The notes under the pieces are model-generated. The model was given only the letters and a program-made list of their open reading frames with translations, did no database searches and had not been told where the DNA came from. From a virus (Duplodnaviria; Heunggongvirae; Uroviricota; Caudoviricetes), in IMG/VR virus record IMGVR_UViG_3300045988_038444, positions 1-43,689 of that record: a DNA stretch of 43,689 nucleotides; one strand, written 5' to 3'. Position numbers and translations under genes: made by a program. Shown here in pieces: positions 42,730-43,689 of this stretch; the first letter of the stretch is position 1, and each line of letters begins with the position of its first letter.

Positions 42730-42855
42730 TGCACAACATGCACTATATAATTCACAACGTGCATTAGCTGTGCCAACATAGATACACAACGTGCACTAAC
42801 AGTTAATACACAACGTGCATCTTGCACTAACTGCTAAAGCACAACATGCACTAAG
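42730..42855. repeat. Iteron array: five direct repeats of cACAAC(A/G)TGCA(C/T)TA
   Basis: Copies at about 42731, 42752, 42784, 42807 and 42839, spaced 21-32 bp, upstream of the HTH repeat-protein gene. Confidence 0.7.
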
Positions 42856-42938
42856 TGTAAATACACTAACATATAAAGCACGTCTTGCACTAGCTGCTAA
42901 TGCACGTTATGATTTATCCGTGGTCAAACAAGAAGGGT

Positions 42939-43689
42939 ATGATAATGAAAAAGAACCTTTTAGACGAATTAATAGATTTAAAAGGCGGGGTACAAAACGC
43001 TGTTGAATACCTTAATCGTCGAGGTGTTAAGGTGACTGTTGGTCGTTACAACCAATGGTTAAGCGGTAGGTTTCATCCTAAATATGAAACGATCAGTATT
43101 ATTCTTGAAGAGATTACTGACTTCACACTGTCACCCTTGCCAGTACAACATTCTGACGAAAACATTGTTCTTAAACACACAATACCGGTTACCGAACTGC
43201 GTCAGAAATTACCACACAGACGTTTTGCTAATAACTACTGGCAACGTGTCAGATACGTTGATTCACAGATCCTGGAAGCTGTTCACGGTCACGACGTGTG
43301 GACACGGTTTGAGGCGATGTGTGGTAATTTTGAATGTGCAAGATATGTGCTACGCAGAAATTTAAACGAACACACAATTACTGACAGTTGGATTCAAAAT
43401 GGTTTGCGCCGGGGATGGATCCCGGAATGTGTAAACGTAATGGTCGATTTGCTTGAAAAATACGAAGGCACCGGGACACCGTTTAACGTAATGGTTTGTG
43501 AACCACCTGTATCACGAGTGGAACCACCTGTATCACGAGTGGAAGCACCTGTATCACGAGTGGAACCACCTGTATCACGAGTGGAAGCACCTGTAGCACG
43601 AGTTGAAGCACCTGTAGCACGATTTGAACCGCCTGTAGTCGATGTCAGCGATTTGAAGGAGAAAATCAGACTGTATGCGTTATCACACA
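42939..43689 (+). CDS. 5' part of an XRE-type HTH protein with Pro-rich heptad repeats (3' end beyond the window edge)
   Basis: ATG 42939 after aagaaggg; open to the last base of the window, so absent from the track; NAVEYLNRRGVKVTVGRYNQWLSG is HTH-like; C-terminus is (E[PA]PV[SA]RV)x6. Confidence 0.55.
   Translation, partial: MIMKKNLLDELIDLKGGVQNAVEYLNRRGVKVTVGRYNQWLSGRFHPKYETISIILEEITDFTLSPLPVQHSDENIVLKHTIPVTELRQKLPHRRFANNYWQRVRYVDSQILEAVHGHDVWTRFEAMCGNFECARYVLRRNLNEHTITDSWIQNGLRRGWIPECVNVMVDLLEKYEGTGTPFNVMVCEPPVSRVEPPVSRVEAPVSRVEPPVSRVEAPVARVEAPVARFEPPVVDVSDLKEKIRLYALSH
43500..43640 (+). repeat. Coding tandem repeat, 21-bp unit gaaccacctgtatcacgagtg with variants, about 6.5 copies
   Basis: Direct repeats visible; encode EPPVSRV / EAPVARV heptads. 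Confidence 0.85.

Noticed and set aside
42815-43006. Track ORF over the iteron region
   Set aside because: Different frame from the long open frame starting at ATG 42939; no RBS; mostly overlaps repeats.
1-43689. Integrase, excisionase or att site indicating a temperate lifestyle
   Set aside because: No ORF with recombinase-like size or motifs was recognised; small HTH proteins alone do not show lysogeny.

Overview
The window reads as a near-complete, densely packed genome of a tailed siphovirus-type phage of an enterobacterial host, most likely a K1-capsule-specific coliphage, since its tailspike looks like an endosialidase. Minus-strand late genes include a small terminase-like gene, large terminase, portal, head morphogenesis protein, putative scaffold, major capsid protein, neck proteins, major tail protein, tail chaperones G/GT with a -1 frameshift site, tape measure, distal tail proteins and a J-like tip protein, plus a lysis cassette (endolysin, two membrane proteins, overlapping spanins). 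Plus-strand early genes are driven by at least nine copies of one highly conserved sigma70-type promoter and include a compact phi29-type family B DNA polymerase, dUTPase, an RdgC homologue, a DPPY DNA methyltransferase next to a nucleoside-deoxyribosyltransferase-like gene, and many small ORFs. Main second-look items: an N-terminally truncated host-like SSB; plus-strand insertion cassettes inside the tail and neck gene clusters (superinfection-immunity-like gene, two T5orf172/GIY-YIG-like genes with zinc-ribbon repeats, and a decayed remnant of a third); a 570-bp noncoding gap carrying a perfect 14-nt match to the 16S rRNA 3' end next to a tRNA-like hairpin; a divergent promoter region with an inverted promoter duplication and operator-like repeats; an iteron array; and one gene apparently split across the window ends. 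All calls are from reading the sequence and the supplied ORF track, with no database search; homology statements rest on recalled motifs and reference sequences and need confirmation.
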